55,624 bases of DNA. Source: Candidatus Aenigmatarchaeota archaeon (GTDB lineage: Archaea; Aenigmatarchaeota; Aenigmatarchaeia; PWEA01). The translations under genes were made by a program, and so were the position numbers. The notes beneath the pieces are model-generated. The model did not search any database. It was not told where the DNA came from and saw nothing but the letters and a program-made list of their open reading frames with translations. Below are positions 8,166-17,078 of the stretch, piece after piece (positions within the stretch are counted from its first letter, which is position 1; each line of letters starts with the position of its first letter). Where the stretch lies: NCBI GenBank assembly GCA_003553905.1, contig PWEA01000025.1:1-55624 (forward strand), written 5' to 3'.

Positions 8166-10175
8166 ATGAAAGTTGAGACCGACAAAGAGTTTAGATTCGC
8201 ATTCCCACAGGAAGAAAATCCTGACTGGAACTACGGCAGAAACAAGTCCTTCGCTCTAAAAAGGACGGATTCCTGTTGGAGTTCATCCCTTTCTTCAGTT
8301 GAAAGAGATGGTTTCGTAATGCCAAACAGAGACTATCCACAACAGGGAGTTGTTGTGAAAGTATCCGGAAAGTATACAAAGTTCCTCGATGCCCCTGCAT
8401 TCAAGCTTATTCATGATAAAAAAACCCTGAAGCTCGAAAAAGAGGACGTTGAACTAACACCATGGGAAGCTACATACACATATAGATCAGGGAACACTGT
8501 TCTAAGGGTTTCATACTATCTATCGAAATCTACCATGAAAAACAAGTACGGCGGATGGATAAAGTTCGATATTGATTCGGAACTAGACGACCTGAGACTG
8601 GTCCTTTGTCCCCTTGTCGATATAAGAAAAATAGAAGAAGACAGTCCACCCGTCGATGAATACAACGTAGAAGCAAAAGATCATATCTTAAGAGTTCAAA
8701 GGGGGGGAAAAGATATTATCTTCGGGTCTTCGGATGAAACTGAAGTTAAACCAGAAGAAGAAAGATGGACTTACAAACTCGGCCTTGGGTACAGAGAGAA
8801 GAAAAACGACATAAGGTTTAAAGAAATAAACAGAAAACCTATACGGACAGGGATTTTGACCTACCGGGTATCAGGAAAAGATTCTATAAAGGTTGGGTTC
8901 GCATGCGGAAAGGATATAGATAAATCTGATATACAGTTCTTCAAAGGTACAGATACACAAAAGGACTTAGAAAAAGCAAGGAAAATGCTTGACATATTTA
9001 GTTTCCCGAACAACGATATCGAAAGGAGATTTATGAAGGCAAGACTATTAAGTTTTTTCAGGTTCTCAGTCAAAGAAGGCGGCATGGAGATACCCGGGGC
9101 CGGGGAATGGTGGTTAAAGGATGTGTATTTCAGAGATCTTTTTGAATCAATATTCCATAACATGGAAGTCTATAGACAGGTAAAGGGAGATGAATGGTTG
9201 AAAAAAATACTCACATGGGCCAGAATATACTTGGAAGATGGATCGATGGCTATAAAAGTAACAGAGGGAGAACCTTCATACAATTCGACAGACGCTTTAT
9301 TACTTTATCTTCTATGCGCCGCCAAGTTCTACGAAAAAACAGGAGATAAAAACTTCAAAAAGAGCATGAGAAAAACATTTGAATCTGTTGTTGGAAGCTT
9401 AAATGAGTATGATGACGGCTTAATTAGATGCAGACCGGACTGTTCACGCATAGACTCAAAAATTGATGGTAGATCAACCAGAATACCTGACAACTGGGAT
9501 GTGGAAGAGAACGGTGGCTTTTTGCTACCCGAGGTAAACGCCCTTTGGATAAGGGTTCTAGAAAAATACAACAAGATTTATGGCACAGGGATCGACATAA
9601 CAAAGATATGGAAATCTTACAAGAACACGTTCTGGGATGGGAAAAAAGGTTTCCTATATCAAATAGTATACAAAGAAGATGGGAAGAACCTAGAAGACCG
9701 AAGAGAAAGCTCAGTTGCAGTGGTTTCCCTTGCGCTACTTAAAGATCACTTCTTTGGTTATGAAATACACAAGGCCTGGAAGGTAATCGAAGAAAGGCTT
9801 CTCGTGGGAAGAAAACCAGTATTCTTTGACTGTGGTCACATGCCATTCGGAATACTAACCAAAAACAGCAGGGAAAATATATATCTCGATGACGACCAGC
9901 GCCACGAAGCCGTTGTATGGCCCAGAGACTGTCCCTATCTATTTAAAATCCTCGAGAAGATAGGAAGAGAAAAGGTAAAAAAACAGATAATAAAAAATAT
10001 GCTAGATCACCAGATGTCGGAAGGAGCTGTGTTTTACAACCATGGGCTGTTCTCGCTTCCCGAAGGCGAAAATCCACACGAAACCTCTCTTTCTTCCAAC
10101 CCTATTCCTGTGAGAAATCCCATAAAGCTTGCACCACATTTTTTATCGGGAGACATAGAAGTAAAGGAAAGATAA
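8166..10175 (+). CDS. Amylo-alpha-1,6-glucosidase (glycogen debranching enzyme)-like protein, motifs degenerate
   Basis: AGEWW..FRD, NSTDALLLY, PEVNALW and VVWP correspond to (alpha/alpha)6 debranching-enzyme motifs. Confidence 0.7.
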   Translation: MKVETDKEFRFAFPQEENPDWNYGRNKSFALKRTDSCWSSSLSSVERDGFVMPNRDYPQQGVVVKVSGKYTKFLDAPAFKLIHDKKTLKLEKEDVELTPWEATYTYRSGNTVLRVSYYLSKSTMKNKYGGWIKFDIDSELDDLRLVLCPLVDIRKIEEDSPPVDEYNVEAKDHILRVQRGGKDIIFGSSDETEVKPEEERWTYKLGLGYREKKNDIRFKEINRKPIRTGILTYRVSGKDSIKVGFACGKDIDKSDIQFFKGTDTQKDLEKARKMLDIFSFPNNDIERRFMKARLLSFFRFSVKEGGMEIPGAGEWWLKDVYFRDLFESIFHNMEVYRQVKGDEWLKKILTWARIYLEDGSMAIKVTEGEPSYNSTDALLLYLLCAAKFYEKTGDKNFKKSMRKTFESVVGSLNEYDDGLIRCRPDCSRIDSKIDGRSTRIPDNWDVEENGGFLLPEVNALWIRVLEKYNKIYGTGIDITKIWKSYKNTFWDGKKGFLYQIVYKEDGKNLEDRRESSVAVVSLALLKDHFFGYEIHKAWKVIEERLLVGRKPVFFDCGHMPFGILTKNSRENIYLDDDQRHEAVVWPRDCPYLFKILEKIGREKVKKQIIKNMLDHQMSEGAVFYNHGLFSLPEGENPHETSLSSNPIPVRNPIKLAPHFLSGDIEVKER

Positions 10176-10207
10176 AAAAATAAGAGATATTTGGGAGTCC
10201 AGGTTTC

Positions 10208-10378
10208 CTAAACTGTTATGGCATCCACAGGACATACACTCTCGGCCTGTTTTGCTTCTTCCGTGTCCTCGTCCTTGATTACTTCTGCCTTCCCGGCTTC
10301 ATTCATCTCGAATATATCAGGAGCTACGGAAACACAAGACCCGCAACCTATACACGCATCCTCATCTACTTCGACCAT
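10208..10378 (-). CDS. fdx: Monocluster [4Fe-4S]/[3Fe-4S] ferredoxin (56 aa)
   Basis: Not in ORF track. MVEVDEDACIGCGSCVSVAPDIFEM...VCPVDAITV has CxxCxxC...CP. Confidence 0.95.
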   Translation of the reverse strand: MVEVDEDACIGCGSCVSVAPDIFEMNEAGKAEVIKDEDTEEAKQAESVCPVDAITV

Positions 10379-10441
10379 GTTACCACAAGATTCATAGGCA
10401 CCTCTGTGTATTTAATATTTTGGATTAGTTCTGCCGGTGGA

Positions 10442-10528
10442 TCAAACTACATAGCGGTACCTGAGAAAAAATCCTACAGCTATCAGGACAAGGAAGATGA
10501 CTATCAAAAGTTTAGTTTCCTTTGACAT
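10442..10528 (-). CDS. Putative 28-aa single-pass membrane peptide
   Basis: MSKETKLLIVIFLVLIAVGFFLRYRYVV; its ATG overlaps the TGA of the upstream DUF59 gene (TGATG). Confidence 0.55.
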   Translation of the reverse strand: MSKETKLLIVIFLVLIAVGFFLRYRYVV

Positions 10529-10827
10529 CATTCCATCCCAAGTTCTTTCCTAGCCTTTTCTGACAGTCTATCGGGAGACCATGGTGGATCAAAAACAACA
10601 TCAACTTCAACCCTTTCAACACCTTCTAGATCCCCTATGCCTTCCTCGACCTTCTTTACAAATACCTTATGCATAGGACAACCAGGTGAAGTAAGAGTCA
10701 TTTCCACTTTTACATCTTTCTCTTCTACTTCAACATCATAGATAAAACCCATATTGACTATATCTATCTTCGTCTCAGGATCGTATATCTCCCCTAGTTT
10801 CTCCATCACATCATCTTCTGAAACCAT
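10528..10827 (-). CDS. Metal-sulfur cluster assembly factor (DUF59/SufT-like)
   Basis: DPE..DIVNMGFIY, MTLTSPGCP and FDPPWS motifs. Confidence 0.93.
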   Translation of the reverse strand: MVSEDDVMEKLGEIYDPETKIDIVNMGFIYDVEVEEKDVKVEMTLTSPGCPMHKVFVKKVEEGIGDLEGVERVEVDVVFDPPWSPDRLSEKARKELGME

Positions 10828-10877
10828 GACAACAACTTAGTAGTTCAATCTTTTTTAAACTAAAAGGTTTACTATGA

Positions 10878-11294
10878 ATGTGTAACCGGGCTTCAGAATA
10901 CAAGTCTAGACCAAAACCACAGAAAAAACTCGGGGTGCCCAACATCAAAATATTTCACAAAAACGAAAGGTTTCTAAACGTAGAAAAGACCGAAAGCTTA
11001 TTCGGATCAATGAGAGGTCTGATGTTCAAAAAGCTCAGGGAAGGACATGGACTGTTGATGGACTTTCCTTACGTGGCTCGGTGGAGTATCTGGATGCCCT
11101 TCGTTCCACAGGACATAGCTGTATTTTTTATCGATAAAAACAATACCGTGGTGGATAAAAAGCTTGCAAAAAGACTGACCATGGATCCACGGACCTGGAA
11201 GGTTTATAAGCCTCAGGAAGGATGCAAATATGTATTAGAATGCAGGAGCGAAAGGTTTGACGATATAGAGATAGATGAAAAAATTGTATGGTAA
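10878..11294 (+). CDS. DUF192 family protein
   Basis: RGLMF, GLLM, IWMPFV..DIAVFFID and YVLE motifs; true start may be GTG 10935. Confidence 0.8.
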   Translation: MCNRASEYKSRPKPQKKLGVPNIKIFHKNERFLNVEKTESLFGSMRGLMFKKLREGHGLLMDFPYVARWSIWMPFVPQDIAVFFIDKNNTVVDKKLAKRLTMDPRTWKVYKPQEGCKYVLECRSERFDDIEIDEKIVW

Positions 11295-11295
11295 T

Positions 11296-12186
11296 ATGGA
11301 AGAAGAGATATTGAAAAAGTATAGGAAGGCCGGAAAAATAGCGGCGAAAGCCAGAGATTTCGGTAAGGAGATGATAGACGAAGGAGTTTCATACGAAAAG
11401 GTAGTTGATCAAACAGAAAAAAAGATAAAAGAACTCGGTGGAAAGCTTGCATTCCCTGTGAATCTTTCAATGAACGAGGTGGGTGCACATGACACAGCAG
11501 ATATAAATGAAAAGAGGAATATAGAGCCCGGGTTAATTAAAATCGATGTGGGAGTCCATATAGACGGATATATAGGAGATACTGCAACAACAGTTCCTGT
11601 AAAAACTAAAAACAAAGAGCTTGTTGAGGCCTCTGAAAAAGCACTAGAAAAAGCCCTGGATATGATAAAACCCGGTATAAAGATATCAGAAATTTCATCA
11701 AGGATTGAAAGTACAATAAAGGACTTTGGATATAACCCGATAAGAAACTTGACAGGACATGGCCTTGGTCAATACGACCTACATGCCAAGACGAAGTTCC
11801 CAAATATTGAGACCGAGCTTGACTACAAACTAAAAGAAGGTGATGTATTTGCACTGGAGCCCTTTGCAACCGATGGAGCAGGTAAGGTAATAGAATCAAA
11901 CAGAACAATGATATTCAAATGGAATGATGAGAAACCTGTTAGATCAAGGGAAGCAAGAAAGATACTAAAAATGGCCAAAGGTAAATTCAACAAACTGCCC
12001 TTTTCAAAGCGATGGCTTGTAAATGACATATCTAAACTCAGATTAAACATGTCCCTCAGACAGCTAGAAAGTATAAACGCCCTGTACAAATATCCTGTTC
12101 TCAGAGAGGCCGAAGGAGGAATCATATCACAAGCAGAACATACGGTAATCGTGGGTAAAGACCCTGAAATAACTACAATGCTCTAA
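11296..12186 (+). CDS. map: Methionine aminopeptidase type II
   Basis: AFPVN..AHD, DVGVHIDGYIGDTA, LTGHG, EPFAT and EHTV motifs. Confidence 0.97.
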   Translation: MEEEILKKYRKAGKIAAKARDFGKEMIDEGVSYEKVVDQTEKKIKELGGKLAFPVNLSMNEVGAHDTADINEKRNIEPGLIKIDVGVHIDGYIGDTATTVPVKTKNKELVEASEKALEKALDMIKPGIKISEISSRIESTIKDFGYNPIRNLTGHGLGQYDLHAKTKFPNIETELDYKLKEGDVFALEPFATDGAGKVIESNRTMIFKWNDEKPVRSREARKILKMAKGKFNKLPFSKRWLVNDISKLRLNMSLRQLESINALYKYPVLREAEGGIISQAEHTVIVGKDPEITTML

Positions 12187-14966
12187 TCTGACCAGTACTT
12201 CTTAGTCCTAGTATACTCTTTCTCCTTTTCAAGAATTTCTTCATAAAACTTATCGCCATCCGTCTGTTGAGCCAGGATCCTTATCGCAGTTTCGGGCCCA
12301 ACACCCCTTCCGGCAAGTGCTTTTATAAACTGTCTGCCGTAGGTAAGAACTAGATCTGCCACATGCTCCATCTTATCTCTCGTAGTTTGCTCGCTTTCTG
12401 TAAGCTCCTTTCCTTCCGATAATTTTTCTAGAATCTGCTCCTTTCCCTCTTCGTATGGCTTAATGGCTGTTATCCTCCCGGAACCGCATGCAGAACATTT
12501 GATATCCTCGGGGAGATCCCTGACCTTCTTCGTAATACGATACTGTCCACATCTCATACACATGAGGCGCACCTTGGTGTTTTTTATCCTATTTTTGAAC
12601 GCTTTGAATATCTCCTCCTTGGGCTTCTCGGGTCCCATCAGTTCCTTGAACTTATGGCTTAACCCTTTCTCACCTATCTTACCACCTTCACACACCTTCA
12701 ACTCAAGATTATCCTCGTGTATACTTCTAAGAACGTTCTTGGCTCCCTCAATATCGAGTTTCTCCTGGAAAACCTCGCGTTTTGCTTCATCGTGTATAGG
12801 GGAATCGCGGTATGATCTAACGATTCCGGATATGTTTACTCTGTCCCACTTAGCGCGTTTCTCAACGGCACCAAAACGCTTTGCAGCATGTATGAAACGC
12901 CATTTGAAAAGTTGGCTCTTTTCTATCGAACTATCGAGAATCATCTCCAGGTCCTCTGGACGTGTCCTCTCAAGAACATTCTTGACCGACTGTATATCGG
13001 CACCCTGTAACATTATGCGGTAGGGATCGTTCTTAACCGCCATGGATCTTCCTTTTTCTTCCATTAGAACTGAAGCAAGGAACTTTCCAAGGGTCTGGTT
13101 GGCTAAAGTTCCGTTACATGAATGAATTACAACAAACTTTCCTTTTTTCTCCAAAAACATCTCGCCTTCGTCCGCCACCTCCTCCAAGCCTTCGTTGATA
13201 TATTCAACTATACAGTCGGCAGCACCTTTATCAACGGGATAGTTCTTCATTAGCTTATTCTTTGCCTCTTCATGATCACCATCTTGGATCCATTTTTTCA
13301 CCTTTCTTCTAAGTTCTTTGACTTCCTTTGCCACGCTCCTCGGAACAGGTATGAGCTCTCCTTCCCAGGCAGGTACAGCTGAATCCACCTCGTTAACAGG
13401 CTCGACGAGAACCTTCCCCTCATCCACCGATAGAATCCTCCAACTCCTTCCCTTCATGATAAAGGTGGTTCCTGGTTCGCCGTACTCCGCAACAAATGAT
13501 TCATCCAGTTGACCAACGTCTTGACTCTGGACTGTATCCACGACCTGATAGTTGTACACATCCGGTATTGTAGAAAGGTTTTCGTAGTAGTACTCCCATG
13601 CCTTTTTGGAACGCTTAACCTTCTCGTCTATCCATAAATAGTATAGGTTTGACATGAACCTAAGTACTTCGTAGAACTTCTGCTCCGAGAGATCTCTATA
13701 AAAATAACTCCTCGTAACGAGATCAAATATATCCTCCCACTCCAGACCGTATACATCTATACAGTATCCAACTATCTGATTAGCAAGTACATCCAAGGCG
13801 CCTTTGTGAAACTTCGTTGGTTCAAGCTTTTTTTCCAGTGCTCTTCTGGCTACAACAGCAGACTCTATGACATCATCCTCGTTCCTTGCTATTATTTTTC
13901 CATTGGATTCCGCCTGAACCTGATGGCCGCTCCTACCTACTCTCTGGAGCAGTCTTTTTACCTGCCTAGGAGATCCATACTGAACAACCCGGTCTATATG
14001 CCCTATATCTATACCAAGCTCAAGAGAAGAAGTGCATATAAGACTCTTTATCTCCCCTCCTTTGAAGCTATCCTCGTTGTTTATCCTAACGTCCTTGGAA
14101 AGAGAAGAATGGTGTATGGAGTGATCATACTCCTTTTCCAGTCTGTTGAGTCTAGAAGAAAGTACTTCGGATGCTTCTCTTGTATTGGTGAAAACAAGCG
14201 ACGAGTCACTCTCTTCTATCAGGTCGTGTATCCTTCTCAGCCTGGATGTAGATTCCTTATCTGCAAAAAGCTTTTCGCCGAGCTCCTCGTCTTTATCACC
14301 GGGTTTGGGCATCTCAACCTCTATACTGAACTCTTTGGTCTCCACAGCGCTTATAACCTCAGCATCGTCCGACAGCGTACTTGCAACCTCTTCGGGTGAA
14401 CCAACAGTAGCGGAAAGTCCTATCATCTGTGGATCACCACATAGCTCTCTAAGCCTCTCAAGACCCAGTGAAAGCTGGACACCTCTCTTAGACTCTACAA
14501 GCTCATGTATCTCGTCTATTACAACGTACTTGACATTCTTCAGATGTTCTTTCATCTTCGAACCAGGAAGTATTGCCTGAAGAGTTTCTGGAGTAGTTAC
14601 AAAAATTTGTTCTGGAAATTCTGCTTGTTTCCTTCGCTTGTAGTTCGATGTATCACCATGACGTATGGTTACCTCTATATCGAGACGGTTACACCACCAA
14701 AGAAGCCTCTTAAACATATCTCTGTTCAATGCACGGAGAGGTGTTATATACAGAAGAGCTATAGGCTCCGTGTCCTCGTTAAGAAGTCTATGAAAAAGAG
14801 GGAGCATGGCTGCCTCTGTCTTTCCTATACCGGTCTGTGCCGTAAGAAGAACATCCTTACCGGAGATGATAGGATCTATTGTCTTTTCCTGGGGCTTCGT
14901 AGGTCTATCCCAACCCTTTTCTTCTATAAGTTTTCTTATCTTTGGGTCCAGTTTTTCAAAAGACAT
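12183..14966 (-). CDS. lhr: Lhr-like SF2 DEAH helicase
   Basis: TGIGKT, PLRALNRD, DEIH, SAT, LELGID and QRVGRSGH motifs; C-terminal Zn finger. Start set to MSFEKL. Confidence 0.93.
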   Translation of the reverse strand: MSFEKLDPKIRKLIEEKGWDRPTKPQEKTIDPIISGKDVLLTAQTGIGKTEAAMLPLFHRLLNEDTEPIALLYITPLRALNRDMFKRLLWWCNRLDIEVTIRHGDTSNYKRRKQAEFPEQIFVTTPETLQAILPGSKMKEHLKNVKYVVIDEIHELVESKRGVQLSLGLERLRELCGDPQMIGLSATVGSPEEVASTLSDDAEVISAVETKEFSIEVEMPKPGDKDEELGEKLFADKESTSRLRRIHDLIEESDSSLVFTNTREASEVLSSRLNRLEKEYDHSIHHSSLSKDVRINNEDSFKGGEIKSLICTSSLELGIDIGHIDRVVQYGSPRQVKRLLQRVGRSGHQVQAESNGKIIARNEDDVIESAVVARRALEKKLEPTKFHKGALDVLANQIVGYCIDVYGLEWEDIFDLVTRSYFYRDLSEQKFYEVLRFMSNLYYLWIDEKVKRSKKAWEYYYENLSTIPDVYNYQVVDTVQSQDVGQLDESFVAEYGEPGTTFIMKGRSWRILSVDEGKVLVEPVNEVDSAVPAWEGELIPVPRSVAKEVKELRRKVKKWIQDGDHEEAKNKLMKNYPVDKGAADCIVEYINEGLEEVADEGEMFLEKKGKFVVIHSCNGTLANQTLGKFLASVLMEEKGRSMAVKNDPYRIMLQGADIQSVKNVLERTRPEDLEMILDSSIEKSQLFKWRFIHAAKRFGAVEKRAKWDRVNISGIVRSYRDSPIHDEAKREVFQEKLDIEGAKNVLRSIHEDNLELKVCEGGKIGEKGLSHKFKELMGPEKPKEEIFKAFKNRIKNTKVRLMCMRCGQYRITKKVRDLPEDIKCSACGSGRITAIKPYEEGKEQILEKLSEGKELTESEQTTRDKMEHVADLVLTYGRQFIKALAGRGVGPETAIRILAQQTDGDKFYEEILEKEKEYTRTKKYWSD

Positions 14967-15095
14967 ATATAACAGCGTTATACCCATATTTGTGAGTTTT
15001 TGCATGAAATTATTGTTTACAATGTCTTAAAAATCTATAACAAAGAAATAATTGAAACTTTTAAAAACTAGTAAAACTTAATAGTAGTCGATAAA

Positions 15096-16283
15096 ATGAA
15101 AGGTCTCACTATTACTGATGCAAACAGAGGTCCCATAGAAGACCAGAAGATAGAGCTCGTTGAAAGAAAGGGATATGGACATCCCGATACGCTTGCTGAT
15201 GGGATAGCCGAATCAATATCAAAGTCCCTGTCTAGAATGTACAGAGAAAAATACGGTAGAATTCTCCATCACAACACGGACCAGGTCGAAGTCATAGGTG
15301 GAAAGGTAAATGTGGATTTCGGTGGGGGAGAGGTCGTAGAACCTATACATATAATACTCTCTGGAAGGGCTACAACAGAAGTATCAGGTAATGAGCTACC
15401 GGTGCATGAAACGGCTATAAAAGCAGCCAAATCATTTGTAAAGGAAAAACTCAAAGAAGTATCAATGGAAAAAAACTTCGTATGGGACTCGAGAATTGGA
15501 CATGGATCCGTTGACCTTATGAGTCTTTACGAAGACGAAGAGGTGGTGAAGGCAAATGATACCTCATTTGGTGTTAGCTACGCACCTTTCAGCGAGACCG
15601 AAGAACTTGTTCTGAATACCGACAGATACATAAATTCAGAAAGATTCAAGAAAAGGTTTCCTGAGCTAGGTGAAGATGTAAAGATAATGGCCGATCGGCA
15701 CGGAAATAGAATAAATCTGACCGTAGCAGGCGCTCTTGTTGCTAGAAAGGTTCCGAATCTGGATCACTATATATCAATAAAAGAAAATGTCATTAAAGAA
15801 GTGGAAGACTTTGCCTCCAAAGAAACAGAAAGGGAAGTAGACGTCTATATGAATACCGCAGACGACCACGAGAAAGGAATAGTCTATCTGACATTAACAG
15901 GAACATCGGCCGAAGCAGGTGACGATGGCTCAGTGGGCAGAGGAAACAGAACAAATGGAATTATAACACCATGCAGACCGATGAGTCTTGAAGCGCCTGC
16001 GGGAAAGAATCCGCTTGCACATGTAGGAAAGGTCTACAATGTACTAGCAAACTTCATAGCAAAGGACATAAGCAAAAAAACAGATGTCGAGGAGGTTTCT
16101 GTCAAACTTTTATCACAGATAGGAAAGCCTATAACAGAACCAAAGGTTGTAGATATAGAAGTTGTAAAACCCGGTAACATTTCAGACGTCAGGTACGAAG
16201 CAGAAAAAATAACATCTGACTGGCTTGATAACATAGGGAAGGTAACAGAAGAAATAATACAGGGCAATCTTTATGTTTATTAG
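15096..16283 (+). CDS. mat: Archaeal S-adenosylmethionine synthetase
   Basis: ERKGxGHPD, HHNTD, ANDTS, GEDVKIM, GRGNR and GKNP motifs. Confidence 0.96.
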   Translation: MKGLTITDANRGPIEDQKIELVERKGYGHPDTLADGIAESISKSLSRMYREKYGRILHHNTDQVEVIGGKVNVDFGGGEVVEPIHIILSGRATTEVSGNELPVHETAIKAAKSFVKEKLKEVSMEKNFVWDSRIGHGSVDLMSLYEDEEVVKANDTSFGVSYAPFSETEELVLNTDRYINSERFKKRFPELGEDVKIMADRHGNRINLTVAGALVARKVPNLDHYISIKENVIKEVEDFASKETEREVDVYMNTADDHEKGIVYLTLTGTSAEAGDDGSVGRGNRTNGIITPCRPMSLEAPAGKNPLAHVGKVYNVLANFIAKDISKKTDVEEVSVKLLSQIGKPITEPKVVDIEVVKPGNISDVRYEAEKITSDWLDNIGKVTEEIIQGNLYVY

Positions 16284-16408
16284 AATGGTAGATCTTCAGG
16301 TTAATTATGATTTCTATGGCTCTTGATTATAGACAACGCTAAACGACAAAAGAAAAAGAATTAAGGGTACTCCTAAGTTCTCTACAGACATTAACAAACA
16401 AAAGGGGG

Positions 16409-16780
16409 TTAGAAAGGCATTGTAACTTCTTCCTCTTCGTCCTCTTCTTGTGTAAATCCTGTATCCGTGCCTCTGGAACTGGACGGCTCCTCTACAGTTG
16501 CTTCTCTACTTGTCTGTCCCTTAACTGAATCAGAAGATATGTGTTTTATTATCACTATATCGCCTACTGCTTTGATGAACTGATAAGGGATAACTATACC
16601 CTTCTTACCTCCGAGCATCCTGGCAAGGTAGCTTCCTTTCTTTGCCTTTAATACTATGGAACCCATTCGGAACTTATCAAGATCTATCTTGACGTTCTTT
16701 ATCTGACCACAGTATTTACCTCTGTCTGTAAAAACGTCCTTCGAGAACATTCCTGAAAGTTTTTCAATATTTACAGGCAT
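16409..16780 (-). CDS. PRC-barrel protein, CdpB-like (cell-division associated)
   Basis: VFTDRGKYCGQI..VKIDL and GIVIPYQFIKAVGDIVII PRC signature; acidic tail. Confidence 0.8.
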   Translation of the reverse strand: MPVNIEKLSGMFSKDVFTDRGKYCGQIKNVKIDLDKFRMGSIVLKAKKGSYLARMLGGKKGIVIPYQFIKAVGDIVIIKHISSDSVKGQTSREATVEEPSSSRGTDTGFTQEEDEEEEVTMPF

Positions 16781-16934
16781 ATATTCACCTCTTTATTATC
16801 TTTGCGCTAGTATATAATTCTATCCAGGCATTTTTAAATCTTTATCGGACTACAACTTCTTTCACAGCTTATTGTATGTAAAAATGTATGTAAAAAGAAA
16901 TTTAAAAACCAAGATAGAATGGTAGATAGTAGAT

Positions 16935-17021
16935 GTTGGGGTGGCCGAGCGGCTCAAGGCGCAGGATTGCTAATCCTGTGGGCTCACGCCCTCGCGGGTT
17001 CAAATCCCGTCCCCAACGCCA
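16935..17021 (+). tRNA. tRNA-Ser(GCT), CCA encoded
   Basis: GTTGGGG/CCCCAAC acceptor stem, CAGGA-TTGCTAA-TCCTG anticodon arm, long variable arm, TTCAAAT T-loop. Confidence 0.97.
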
Positions 17022-17078
17022 TTCTCAGTAACTTCAAAACCTCAAACGTTTTTAACTAGAAAGTTTCAATTTAATGCT

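Noticed and set aside
16281-16927. 13-bp direct repeat TAGAATGGTAGAT flanking the PRC-barrel gene near tRNA-Ser, as att sites
   Set aside because: It is not part of the tRNA, encloses a housekeeping-type gene, has no recombinase, and is plausible by chance
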